From Ignavibacteriota bacterium (lineage in GTDB: Bacteria > Bacteroidota > Ignavibacteria > UBA10030 > CAVZMI01), in assembly GCA_963776275.1 (NCBI GenBank), contig CAVZMI010000021.1, positions 267,183 to 331,182 of the forward strand: 64,000 bases of DNA, in the 5' to 3' direction. The notes below the pieces were generated by a model, which made no database searches, was not told the origin of the DNA, and saw only the letters and a list, made by a program, of their open reading frames with translations. Shown here piece after piece: positions 1 through 9,904 of this stretch (within the stretch, counting starts at the first letter, position 1; every line of letters begins with the position of its first letter). The translations under genes were made by a program, and so were the position numbers.

Positions 1-310
1 TTGCCATATTAGGGCCGTTTACTCCGTTGTGCTTGAAATGTTTGTAAAACGGTTTCACTCCCATCGCCCTCACTCTCTCGGCAATCAAATCGCCGATCGG
101 GTAATCGACCATTGCCGTGACGATGCCGGTATTCATACGAAAGCAATCGGCCAGGTTTGCGGCCACGTTGAACTCACCGCCGCTGACATGAATCTGACAC
201 TGGGTCGCTTTCCTGAAAGGAACTAAGCCCGGATCCAAACGATGCACCAGTGCACCCAATGAAACAAAATCCAATGCACCATCCGGACGGATTTTCAGAC
301 CGTTGCTCAT
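1..310 (-). CDS. kdgK: PfkB-family sugar kinase, probable 2-dehydro-3-deoxygluconokinase (5' part only; runs off window edge)
   Basis: Manual translation from ATG at 310 (AAGGAG RBS upstream): MSNGLKIRPDGALDFVSLGALVHRLDPGLVPFRKATQCQIHVSGGEFNVAANLADCF..., with a PfkB-type GGEFNVA motif; hexuronate context. Confidence 0.75.
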   Translation of the reverse strand, partial: MSNGLKIRPDGALDFVSLGALVHRLDPGLVPFRKATQCQIHVSGGEFNVAANLADCFRMNTGIVTAMVDYPIGDLIAERVRAMGVKPFYKHFKHNGVNGPNMA

Positions 311-360
311 CTTGTGCTCCTTCATTTCACATTTATGCTATAAATGAATTCATCCTTTTT

Positions 361-1194
361 TTATACACCCGAATAGGCCGAGAATCCGCCATCAACCGGT
401 AACACGATTCCCGTGACGAACTGTGAAGCCGGCGACAGGAGCCACAACATGGCGCCCAACAAATCCTCCGGTGTGCCGAAGCGTGCCATCGGTGTGTGAT
501 CTAGAATTTTTTTACCGCGGGCCGTCAATTCGCCTGTTACTTTGTCGGTCAAGAGAAACCGGTTTTGCTCGGTCAGGAAAAAACCCGGAGCAATTGCATT
601 CACACGGATGTTCGGCGAATATTCCTGCGCCATATGAACAGCCAGCCATTGCGTGAAGTTACTCACAGCTGCCTTCGCTGCCGAGTATGCCGGTATGCGG
701 GTCAATGGACGGAAAGCATTCATCGATGAGATATTCAGAATAACTCCTTCTTTTTGCTCCGCCATTTTCTTCCCGAATATCTGACTCGGTAGAATAGCAC
801 CGATCAAGTTCAAATTCGAGACAAACTGCAGAGCTTCGACCGGAATGTCGAAGAAGCTTTGATCTGCATTCGTTGTCGCTTTAGTATTATTCCCCCCTGC
901 ACCATTGATGAGGTAATCAATCCGTCCATATGTCGAAAATACTATGTTCGCCGCCTCCTGGACTTTCACTCTATCGAGCACATCGATGAAGAGAACAAGG
1001 TGTTTTCCTTTCGTCACGCCGAACGATTGAAGCACTTTCTCACCGAGCGTGATATCGCGGTCGAGTATGACGACATTTGCATTGCATCCAGCAAGAGCTT
1101 TTGCCATTTCGCCGCACAGCACACCGCCGCCGCCGGTGATTGCTACTGTTTTTCCTGTAAAATCAAACGCCTTGGTTACATCCTGTAAGTTCAT
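361..1194 (-). CDS. SDR oxidoreductase, probable D-mannonate/fructuronate oxidoreductase (UxuB-like)
   Basis: TGGGGVLC Rossmann motif, NGAGGN, YSAAK catalytic motif, PVDGGFSAYSGV C-terminus; likely start MNLQD at 1194 with GAGG RBS. Confidence 0.8.
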   Translation of the reverse strand: MNLQDVTKAFDFTGKTVAITGGGGVLCGEMAKALAGCNANVVILDRDITLGEKVLQSFGVTKGKHLVLFIDVLDRVKVQEAANIVFSTYGRIDYLINGAGGNNTKATTNADQSFFDIPVEALQFVSNLNLIGAILPSQIFGKKMAEQKEGVILNISSMNAFRPLTRIPAYSAAKAAVSNFTQWLAVHMAQEYSPNIRVNAIAPGFFLTEQNRFLLTDKVTGELTARGKKILDHTPMARFGTPEDLLGAMLWLLSPASQFVTGIVLPVDGGFSAYSGV

Positions 1195-1213
1195 ATTAAT
1201 CCTCGCTTTGAAA

Positions 1214-2530
1214 TTACAATTCAACTCGCTTCATTTTCGGCGCTAATGCATTGAAGATCACCCATGTAATTATATATATTGATCCGCAAAAAACAAACAA
1301 TATATAATAGCCAGTATCGATGGAGCCCGCCTCCTTATAATAGTCAAGCAGCATTCCTGCAATTTTAGAAATCAATATACCTCCAATACCACCCGCCATA
1401 CCTCCAATGCCTGTTACCGAAGCAACTGCTTTCTTTGGAAACATATCTGATGTTGTCGTAAGAAGATTTGCTGCCCATGCTTGATGAGCTGACGCTGCAA
1501 GTCCTACAATAAGGATCGCATACCAGTGATTATATTGTCCCAATGCTTGAGCAGCAATCACCGGCAGCACACACAATGCAAAAATGAGCATAGCGATTTT
1601 GCGTGCCTTAAATACCTCTAATCCTTTCTTAATCAAGTTGCTTGAGAGCCAACCGCCAAAAATACTGCCAAAGGTTGTCATCGTATATACGACGGCAATC
1701 GGAAGAGCAAGATCTGTTTTCGAAATACCGTATTGCTTATTAAGAAATGAAGGCAGCCAGAACAAATAGAACCACCAGGGCGGATCTGTTAAAAATTTAC
1801 CCATAATAAATGCCCAAGTTTGACGAAATGTCAACAATTTGAACCAACTGACTTTTTCGTTTTGTTTTTCTTTTGTTTCGGTCTCATCTATATCGCTGTG
1901 GATGTATGTATATTCCTCTTTACTTAATCTGTGATGTTTGCTTGGAATTTCATATATAGCAAGCCAGAAAAACAGCCACAGAAGGCCAACGGTACCGGTA
2001 AGAATAAATGCCCATTGCCAACCCCACCAGAAGGCAATCAGAGGGACTGTTAGCGGTGCAATGATTGCACCCACGTTTGTTCCAGAATTAAAAATCCCGG
2101 TTGCTAATGCTCTTTCCTTTTTAGGGAACCATTCTGCAACTGTTTTAATTGCCGCGGGGAAATTACCCGACTCACTAATTCCGAGTACACCACGAGCAAA
2201 TATAAATCCGAATGTACTCCTGGCAAAGGCATGGCCAATAGCTGCAAGACTCCATATTAATAGCGATAAAGCATATCCTATTTTTGTACCAACTTTATCA
2301 ATAACCCAACCTACACCAAGCATCCCAAGCGCATACGATAGCTGAAAAGCGACAACAATGTTAGCATAGTCTGATTCCGACCATTTGAATAAAGGTTCAA
2401 GATAGTCATCCTTTAAAAGACTGATGACCTGGCGATCCAGGTAGTTTACTGTTGTAGCAAAAAAGAGAAGCGCTAAAATAATCCACCGATATTCCCCGAT
2501 TTTAACTTTTTTCCTATTTAAATCCGTCAT
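1214..2530 (-). CDS. MFS hexuronate transporter (ExuT-like)
   Basis: RWIILALLFFATTVNYLDRQ, ESGNFPAAIKTVAEWFPKKERALATGIFNSG and TDPPWWFYLFWLP motifs; many TM segments. Confidence 0.88.
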   Translation of the reverse strand: MTDLNRKKVKIGEYRWIILALLFFATTVNYLDRQVISLLKDDYLEPLFKWSESDYANIVVAFQLSYALGMLGVGWVIDKVGTKIGYALSLLIWSLAAIGHAFARSTFGFIFARGVLGISESGNFPAAIKTVAEWFPKKERALATGIFNSGTNVGAIIAPLTVPLIAFWWGWQWAFILTGTVGLLWLFFWLAIYEIPSKHHRLSKEEYTYIHSDIDETETKEKQNEKVSWFKLLTFRQTWAFIMGKFLTDPPWWFYLFWLPSFLNKQYGISKTDLALPIAVVYTMTTFGSIFGGWLSSNLIKKGLEVFKARKIAMLIFALCVLPVIAAQALGQYNHWYAILIVGLAASAHQAWAANLLTTTSDMFPKKAVASVTGIGGMAGGIGGILISKIAGMLLDYYKEAGSIDTGYYILFVFCGSIYIITWVIFNALAPKMKRVEL

Positions 2531-2584
2531 TATATTCTATCCATTTTATGCAAGAAGATGTTTCTATTTAAAATCGAAGTACTG

Positions 2585-3856
2585 CTATAGTTCCATTAGC
2601 TCGAGTCTTGGAGCTAATCGTATGAAAATTAAATATGCAAGGATGTACATTGAGCCGCAGATAATAAACAGAATAAGATAACTTCCTGTAAATTCTAGAA
2701 CAAATCCTGCGATCGTAGCAATCAACATTCCTCCAATGGCTCCTGCCATACCACCAATGCCCACAATGGATCCGATTGCTTTTCGCGGAAACATATCCGA
2801 TGTGGTCGTAAAGAGATTCGCAGACCATCCCTGGTGTGCCGCAGTTGCCAGACTTAGTAATGCTACAGCCATCCACAATTTAGATGCCTCTGAAGCAAAG
2901 ACAATTGGCATTACAGAAATCGCACAAATAAGCATCGCCGTTTTTCGACCTTTATTGACACTCCAACCTCGTTTAATTAAGAACGATGAAAGCCATCCCC
3001 CACCGACACTGCCTACATCTGCCATCACATAAATCACGATAAGTGGCAATCCAATTTTGTCTAAAGTTAATCCATAGCTTTTATTGAGATACTTCGGCAC
3101 CCAATAGAGATAGAACCACCAGATCGGATCCGTCATAAATTTTGCAATCGCGAAAGCCCAGACTTGCCGGTGTCTCAGCAATCTCGACCAAGGGATCTTT
3201 TCTTGTTGATCGGGTGGATCACTTTGTATATATGCTCGTTCCTCTGCTTTAAGCCGCTTATGTTGTTCAGGCCTTTCATAGAGCAACACCCAGAACACGA
3301 TCCACATGAATCCGATGGAACCTGTAACAATGAAGGCCATCTGCCATCCATACGTAAGGGTGATCCAGGGAACGACTAAAGGAGCGGCTACAGCACCCAC
3401 ATTTGAACCGGCGTTGAATATACCTGTTGCCAATGCACGTTCTTTCCTGGGAAACCATTCGGCTACAGTCTTTATTGCGGCTGGGAAATTACCCGATTCG
3501 CCTAGCCCCAACGAGAAACGCGCCATAGCAAATCCAACCACTGAAGATGCAAAGGAATGCGCCATAGCAGCAAAACTCCAGACTGCCATGGCTATGGAAT
3601 ATCCAATTTTTGTTCCAAGCTTGTCCATAAGCCGCCCCACAACAAACATACCTAAGGCGTATGCTGCTTGAAATGCAGTTACAATATTGCCATACTCAAT
3701 CTCGTTCCAACCTATTGCCTTCTGCAGATCCGGAGCTAGAATACCCAGTACTTGCCGATCGATGTAGTTGATTGTGGTAGCAAAAAACAGCAGCGCACAA
3801 ATTGTCCAGCGATAGTTGCCTACTTTCACTTTTACTTCATTCGTTTCTGGCACCAT
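2585..3856 (-). CDS. MFS hexuronate transporter (ExuT-like), second paralog
   Basis: RWTICALLFFATTINYIDRQ, ESGNFPAAIKTVAEWFP and TDPIWWFYLYWVP motifs. Confidence 0.88.
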   Translation of the reverse strand: MVPETNEVKVKVGNYRWTICALLFFATTINYIDRQVLGILAPDLQKAIGWNEIEYGNIVTAFQAAYALGMFVVGRLMDKLGTKIGYSIAMAVWSFAAMAHSFASSVVGFAMARFSLGLGESGNFPAAIKTVAEWFPRKERALATGIFNAGSNVGAVAAPLVVPWITLTYGWQMAFIVTGSIGFMWIVFWVLLYERPEQHKRLKAEERAYIQSDPPDQQEKIPWSRLLRHRQVWAFAIAKFMTDPIWWFYLYWVPKYLNKSYGLTLDKIGLPLIVIYVMADVGSVGGGWLSSFLIKRGWSVNKGRKTAMLICAISVMPIVFASEASKLWMAVALLSLATAAHQGWSANLFTTTSDMFPRKAIGSIVGIGGMAGAIGGMLIATIAGFVLEFTGSYLILFIICGSMYILAYLIFIRLAPRLELMEL

Positions 3857-4034
3857 TGAGTCCTTTTAATAAATCGTTATATCTGTTGCCTATGAATATC
3901 CATTACTGATTAACCGTATCGTATAACAGGGACGCAAGTTCAATGCGATTAGTGTTGTTTCAAGAGTAACCGATCCGTCTCCCCCATAATCCCCGATAGT
4001 GTTAAATACTCTTTCCCATTACGTATTTCATTGG

Positions 4035-5445
4035 CTACTTAAAATCAAAAAACCTCTTTGCATTGTAGTAGCAGATATCCTGAACAATGCCGCCGATAAG
4101 TTTCATGTCGTTTGGAATCAGACCTTTTTCAATTTCGTTCCCCAAGATGTTGCACAATAACCTCCGGAAGTATTCGTGCCGGGGAAATGAAAGAAAGCTT
4201 CGTGAATCTGTCAGCATTCCCACAAATTGACTCAGAATTCCCAGGTTGGAGAGAGCCTCGATTTGCTTTTTTATGCCGTCGAGCTGGTCCAGGAACCACC
4301 AGCTCGAACCGTATTGCAGCTTGCCCGGGATGCTGCCGTCCTGAAAATTCCCGATCATTGTCGCTATCAACTCATTATCGCGAGGATTGAGATTATATAT
4401 AATCGTTTTGGCCAGCCGTCTCTGTGAATCGAGCCTGTCAAGCAATTTTGCCAGTGGTCGTGCAATCTCAAAATCGCCGATCGAATCGAAACCGGTGTCA
4501 GACCCAGCTCCGGCATCATTCGCGAATTGTTGTTACGAAGGGCACCGAGATGAAACTGCTGCACCCATCCTTTCTCATAATCCATCACTCCGAATTCAAA
4601 TAACATGGCTGACTTGAATTTCAATATATCTTTTATATCCAGGCTTTTCCGTTTTTTTAATCTTCTAAAAATATACTTGATCTCCGATTCTGTATAGTCT
4701 TCTGCATATGCTGTTTCTATTCCATGATCAGACAAACGGCAGCCGTGTGCGTGGAAATAATCGTGCCTCTGACGAATGGCCGAGATGAATGTGTCAAAAT
4801 CTTTGATATCAATTCCCGATACATTTTGCAGTATTTGAAGATAGGAAAGAAAGGTATCTACGTTCTCAACCGCCATCGCTTTATCTGCACGAAATGCTGG
4901 TATCATCTGAGTAAATCTGTTTTTACTTTTCGCATATACTTCGTGATATTCGAGCGAATCTGCCGGATCATCGGTTGTACAGACAACCTCCACATTCATT
5001 CTCTTAAGAATTCCCTGTGTGGAAAATCCCGGCATCGCCAGTTTTTTATTGCATGTATTCCAAATGACCTTTGCCGTCTTTTCATTCAGGAGTATATTTG
5101 TTATTCCGAAAGGACGCCGTAGTTCCAGATGAGTCCAGTGGAAAAGCGGATTACGAATTGTTTTCGGCACTGTACGCGCCCACATTTCGAATTTTTCCCA
5201 GTCGCTTGCATTGCCCGTTATAAAACGCTCATCGATGCCGCAGTGCGCATCGCCCGCCATTTGTAATGATCTCCGTACAACCAGATCTGCGTCAGGTTGG
5301 CGAACTGCCTGTTCTCGGCAATTTCCTTTGGTGAAAGATGGCAGTGATAATCGATGATCGGCAAAAATTCTGCATATTCATGATAGAGCCTGGATGCGGT
5401 TTTTGTTTCAAGTAAAAAGTCTTCGTGGATGAATTTCTTTTTCAT
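4035..5445 (-). CDS. uxaC: Uronate (glucuronate) isomerase; split by two frameshifts (~5255 and ~4515), likely sequencing errors
   Basis: Three consecutive ORFs carry [42 protein letters not shown] and [20 protein letters not shown]. Confidence 0.92.
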
Positions 5446-5541
5446 TTTCTCTCCTTCAATGGAAGTTCATTCATCGAATACCGTTTGCATTATTAAACAT
5501 CTCTTTTTCAACCCTCATCGCGGTTCTATCCAATAATCTGT

Positions 5542-6784
5542 TTATTTTTCAATAGCCAGCGTTATATTCAAGGGAGATCCGACTCGTTGTGAAAATTCTT
5601 TCAGATAATTATTCCAATCTTCGGAATTGTTGAAGTCGCCGCTGCGCGTCCAGCCGGCTCCTGCATAATATGTTGCGGTCTTACCCGGCTCAACAGCACC
5701 GAGGATCAGCATGTGTACATTGTCTTCCTTGATGCCGCTAAATGTCTCCTTCGTCATCACGATACCGGTGCCGAGCGAACCATTCTCGATTTTCTCGTCG
5801 GTCTGTCCCCAAAGGCTTATCCAGTGATTCTCTTTATCCGTGTAACCCATGACGCCTTTTCGTTTTACAATGCCGGCTGTAAACGGGAGCACACCTTGTA
5901 AGGAATCACACCGGTAGGTTACTTCGATCTTACTAAGGTTGGTTCCTGCGTTAAGTGTGATACGCTTGACCTCCGAAATATTTTTTCCATCAAAGTGGAC
6001 CGGTTTATATACTACCTCGAACATTGCCCGGATTGGACCCGTTGCAAGAATTTTATACGTCACAAATACACCCGGCTGATAGAGAGAATCATCTTTATAG
6101 AGCGCGCAGCTTCCTGCACCGAGTGATCCTCCGACGGCGAAGAAGTCGGCACCTTCACCGTGATCTTCATGATAAGAAATCCTGCTGCTGTCGGCTGCTT
6201 CATCGCCTCTGTACCATTTTTCGATTATGGGATAACGAACGCGCTTTGTCCAGACATCAATTCCATTATTTAGTTCCTTTGCAAACGCAGGTCCATAGAT
6301 ACGATGTGCAATCCGGTCATTCTCCCATGCTATATCTTCGCGAGGAATCATAAAGCGCACGTCGGTGAGCGATTCGGCAGTCTTCGGCCCTTTGTTCCAT
6401 GTTTCTATAATGAACTGCCTCGTTTCTTTAGCCTTGAAGTCGGAACAAAAAATCAACTCCTCCGGTGTACCGTCATGATCTTTATAAATTACCTGGGTGA
6501 CGAGCTCGTTGTCTGTTTTTGCATCAATGACACGTGTCCGAGTGGGATCCAAAGTTGAGATTTTTTGCCTGAGATCGGTCCGACTGGAGAACGACCATTT
6601 CGCTTGAACGGTTCAGATTCAATAAATTTGAGACTGTTACAAGGATCCGTGGATCTTTAGCAGAAGCGTAATCGATGATTACACAGATGAACAGTATTAA
6701 TGCGGTTATTTTCTTCGTCCGGATGAAAAAAGCCGAGATAACAGCCGTAGCTGCCTTTTTTTTAGAATATATTGCTTCTTTCAT
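5542..6784 (-). CDS. DUF4861-family secreted protein (pectin-locus associated); one frameshift near 6580
   Basis: Signal peptide in ORF 6524-6784; REDIAWENDRIAHRIYGP, GIDVWTK, YHEDHGEGADFFAVG and YYAGAGW motifs in ORF 5542-6552. Confidence 0.75.
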
Positions 6785-6795
6785 TCCTTTTCCTT

Positions 6796-7629
6796 CTAAT
6801 GTAAATCACTCATCGAGACGCCATCCATATCATCAAATACCTGATTTTCGCCGCCCATCGCCCAGATGAAGCTGTAATTGCATGTTCCGACTCCGGAGTG
6901 GATTGACCAGCTCGGATTCAGTACCGCCTGTTCATTGCGCATTACCAGGTGACGTGTTTCACCCGGCTGTCCCATAAGATGGAGTACTATTCCACCGGGA
7001 GGCATATTATAGTACATATATACTTCTGAACGTCTCTGATGCGTGTGTGACGGCATTGTGTTCCAGACACTGCCTTCCTCCAATTCCGTCAATCCCATGA
7101 CTAACTGACAGCTTTGAATGCCATTTGCAAGAATTAATCTGTTGATGGTTCGTTTGTTTGCGTCATGCTGGCTTCCAAGTTTCAATTGATCTGCATCGGC
7201 AAAGCGGGCATGAGTCGTCGGATATTCTTTATGAGCAGGATAACTGACAAAATAATACTTAGCAGGTTTCGCCGCATTTTTACTTCTGAACTCAATATCC
7301 TTTGTACCGCGTCCGATATAGAGTGCGTCTTTGTTCGACATTGTGAGGATTTTACTATCGACACCGATGGTTCCTTCATCTCCTATATTGATGATGCCAA
7401 TCTCGCGCCTTTCGGCAAAAAAATCTGCCGCCATTTCTTTCTTTGTCGCCATCAATTTCAGAGTCTTTTCTACCGGCACGGCAGATCCTGTGATTGACCG
7501 ATCTACGTCGGAGTATGTCATATGAATATCATCAATCGCGAACAGATTATCAATGAGAAACATTCTCCGAAGCGCCTCTGTCGTCATTGTTTTGAATCCT
7601 TCCGGATCAGTACCGAACCTTATATTCAT
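6796..7629 (-). CDS. kduI: 5-dehydro-4-deoxy-D-glucuronate isomerase
   Basis: SCQLVMGLTEL, GSVWNTMPSHTHQRRSEVY, WSIHSGVGTCNYSFIWAMGGENQ. Confidence 0.95.
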   Translation of the reverse strand: MNIRFGTDPEGFKTMTTEALRRMFLIDNLFAIDDIHMTYSDVDRSITGSAVPVEKTLKLMATKKEMAADFFAERREIGIINIGDEGTIGVDSKILTMSNKDALYIGRGTKDIEFRSKNAAKPAKYYFVSYPAHKEYPTTHARFADADQLKLGSQHDANKRTINRLILANGIQSCQLVMGLTELEEGSVWNTMPSHTHQRRSEVYMYYNMPPGGIVLHLMGQPGETRHLVMRNEQAVLNPSWSIHSGVGTCNYSFIWAMGGENQVFDDMDGVSMSDLH

Positions 7630-7700
7630 CCTTCGATCCTTTCTTCTAATCTTTCTATCAACAATTCATAATTTGATGCTTTAGATTTCCACATTTGTTA

Positions 7701-8660
7701 TCAAACCTGTACAAGATGAATAGCAAATCCACCGATTTCGAGATCGAGATACACGGTGGAAAGTTTTCCGTTCTTTTCGCTCTTTGTTTCCGGCTTGATT
7801 CCGATTCCCTTCAGTGACAGATAGGCAATTGCGCGCTCAATAAAATTGGTGGTAATAGCGATATGACCGTGAGTACCGAGATAATGCCGCTTCAGTACTT
7901 CAAACTGAGTTCCAACGAAGATCGAACCGTTTGTGTCCTGAGGTACGATCTGAAATATCTTTTCTATCTGGTGCGCAATGTTCAGCGCTTCATCGGGAGA
8001 AGGCGAGTTCATCCCGATATGTCTGAGTTCGAATCCCAGTATTGTAGTGACTGCCTGCCGCGATAGAGCCGCGATCTTTTCAAACTGACCTGCTTCGATC
8101 ATCTCAGGATTCACCATCCAGCTTCCGGCGCATGCAAGGACTCCTGGGAATCGAAGATAGGAGAGGAGCATCGACTGGTCAATGCCGCCGGTGGGAATAA
8201 ACTGCAGATTCCTGAATGGCGCTGCAATTGCTTTCAGGTACTGCAGACCACCGCACGCTTCTGCCGGGAAAAATTTTACAGCATCGAGACCATATTCAAG
8301 CGCATTCTGAATCTCTGTCGGGGTTGCAACGCCGGGTAAAACAGGAATTGCATTGGATATACAATACTCGACGACTTTCGGGTTAAATCCCGGCGACACA
8401 ATGAAACGTGCCCCGGCATCGATCGCTGTCCGAACCTGATCAATCGAGATAATGGTCCCTGCACCAACAAGCATCTGCGGCGAATTTGCCGTAATCCGTT
8501 CGATCACACGTGCAGCGGCCTGAGTCCGGAATGTAACTTCAAAAGAGGTCAACCCGCACTCAAGCAGTGTCTGTCCAAGCATCGCTGCTTTCTTTTCATC
8601 TTCGACGATTGCGACAGGAAGAATTCCCTGCAATCCAATCTTTTTCAGAATATCGTCCAT
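7701..8660 (-). CDS. eda: KDPG/KHG aldolase with C-terminal ~110-aa extension
   Basis: EVTFRT, VGAGT, FIVSPG, PGVATPTE, KFFPAE and PTGGI motifs. Confidence 0.9.
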   Translation of the reverse strand: MDDILKKIGLQGILPVAIVEDEKKAAMLGQTLLECGLTSFEVTFRTQAAARVIERITANSPQMLVGAGTIISIDQVRTAIDAGARFIVSPGFNPKVVEYCISNAIPVLPGVATPTEIQNALEYGLDAVKFFPAEACGGLQYLKAIAAPFRNLQFIPTGGIDQSMLLSYLRFPGVLACAGSWMVNPEMIEAGQFEKIAALSRQAVTTILGFELRHIGMNSPSPDEALNIAHQIEKIFQIVPQDTNGSIFVGTQFEVLKRHYLGTHGHIAITTNFIERAIAYLSLKGIGIKPETKSEKNGKLSTVYLDLEIGGFAIHLVQV

Positions 8661-8685
8661 TGAATTTTTATTTTTCAGTCATATA

Positions 8686-9438
8686 TCATCGTGCCATCCA
8701 GCCGCCATCGACAACGAGCACGTGGCCGTTCACATAATCGGAAGCCTGTGAGGCCAGGAATATGACCGCACCCTGCAAATCATCCGGAGTACCCCATCGA
8801 CCTGCCGGAATACGATCAAGAATTGCTTTTGAACGAACGGCATCTTCTCGAAGCGCCTTCGTATTGTTCGTGGCCATATAACCGGGCGCAATTGCATTTA
8901 TGTTAATGCCGTACTGGGCCCATTCGTTCGAGAGCGCTTTTGTAATCTGTGCAACTGCTCCTTTGCTTGCAGAATATGACGGCACTATGATGCCTCCTTG
9001 AAATGCCAGCAACGATGCGATATTAATTATTTTCCCGGATTTTCGTTTCATCATATCACGAGCAACTGCCTGGGAGAAGAAGAATACGGTTTTCGAATTG
9101 ATCGCCATGACATCATCCCAGTCTTTCTCGGAAAAATCTATTGCCGGTGTCCGGCGGATTATACCTGCATTATTCACGAGGATATCCACTTTCCCGAACG
9201 TCCGGATTGTCTCATCAACAATTGATTGAATTGGTTTGGTGGACATGAGATCAGCCTCGATGATAATGGTTTTCCGGCCAATTGCCTTGATTTCTTCGGC
9301 AGTTTCAGCACTGGAAACGTAATCGACCAGAACGAGATCTACGCCGGCTTCGGCCAATCCCAGCGACATGCCTTTGCCAAGTCCCGTACTCGCACCGGTA
9401 ACGATAGCCGTTTTACCTGAAAGATCAAACAGCTTCAT
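8686..9438 (-). CDS. kduD: 2-dehydro-3-deoxy-D-gluconate 5-dehydrogenase
   Basis: FDLSGKTAIVTGASTGLG, NNAGIIRR, FQGGIIVPSYSASK, DRIPAGRWG, VDGGWMAR. Confidence 0.93.
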   Translation of the reverse strand: MKLFDLSGKTAIVTGASTGLGKGMSLGLAEAGVDLVLVDYVSSAETAEEIKAIGRKTIIIEADLMSTKPIQSIVDETIRTFGKVDILVNNAGIIRRTPAIDFSEKDWDDVMAINSKTVFFFSQAVARDMMKRKSGKIINIASLLAFQGGIIVPSYSASKGAVAQITKALSNEWAQYGININAIAPGYMATNNTKALREDAVRSKAILDRIPAGRWGTPDDLQGAVIFLASQASDYVNGHVLVVDGGWMAR

Positions 9439-9476
9439 AGTACTCCCTCTGTCTTTCTATCCGACTTCTTTATTAC

Positions 9477-9519
9477 AAAAGAAGCATCCAGTCCACAAAA
9501 AATTGAAACTGGATGCTTC
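9477..9519 (-). terminator. Terminator-like hairpin in the region upstream of kduD
   Basis: 12-bp inverted repeat GAAGCATCCAGT...ACTGGATGCTTC followed by TTTT on the minus strand. Confidence 0.55.
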
Positions 9520-9689
9520 GAATTGGATATTGATAAAAGTTCGAGATCCAATCAATCCTCTCGAAAAATTATAATATAGAAAAATAGTGCACAAATGTAC
9601 AGGCTCTGTGAGTCCTGACCGTCTCTCTCCTTTCGGAGGAGTGTCTCACTCAATCAAGCCATCATCATATTAACCTATTGAACCCTCGT

Positions 9690-9789
9690 GTGGAGTAGAG
9701 TAACAGCGCAGCGAGGTTAGGTCAAGCATAATCTGTTTTTGCCTCTTTCGGTTGGCAGTGCCTCAGTATCTCGACCGGGTCCTGTTTCC
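9690..9789 (-). mobile_element. Degenerate group II intron domain VI / 3'-end-like remnant
   Basis: Minus strand GGAAACAGGACCCGGTCGAGATACTGAGGCACTGCCAACCGAAAGAGGCAAAAACAGATTATGCTTGACCTAACC...CTCTACTCCAC resembles the extended DVI of bacterial group II introns as I recall it; no DV or RT gene nearby. Confidence 0.55.
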
Positions 9790-9904
9790 AACCATATGTC
9801 GATTTCTCGCTCCATGCATTCAGAGCTTTTTCATGTCCGGGATATTGGAGGTGAGCGCCTCAACCTCCGCACCCGGATAGAAAAGGAATAGCTTCCCTCG
9901 GCGC

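Noticed and set aside
4035-5445. Programmed frameshifting or true pseudogene in uxaC and other split genes
   Set aside because: No shared slippery motif, and indels are spread across unrelated genes, so sequencing error is more parsimonious
9602-9660. c-di-GMP-I riboswitch (GAAA tetraloop followed by GACG)
   Set aside because: Lacks the GGCAAA P1 motif and the second stem with the tetraloop receptor; fits an intron DVI-like fold better
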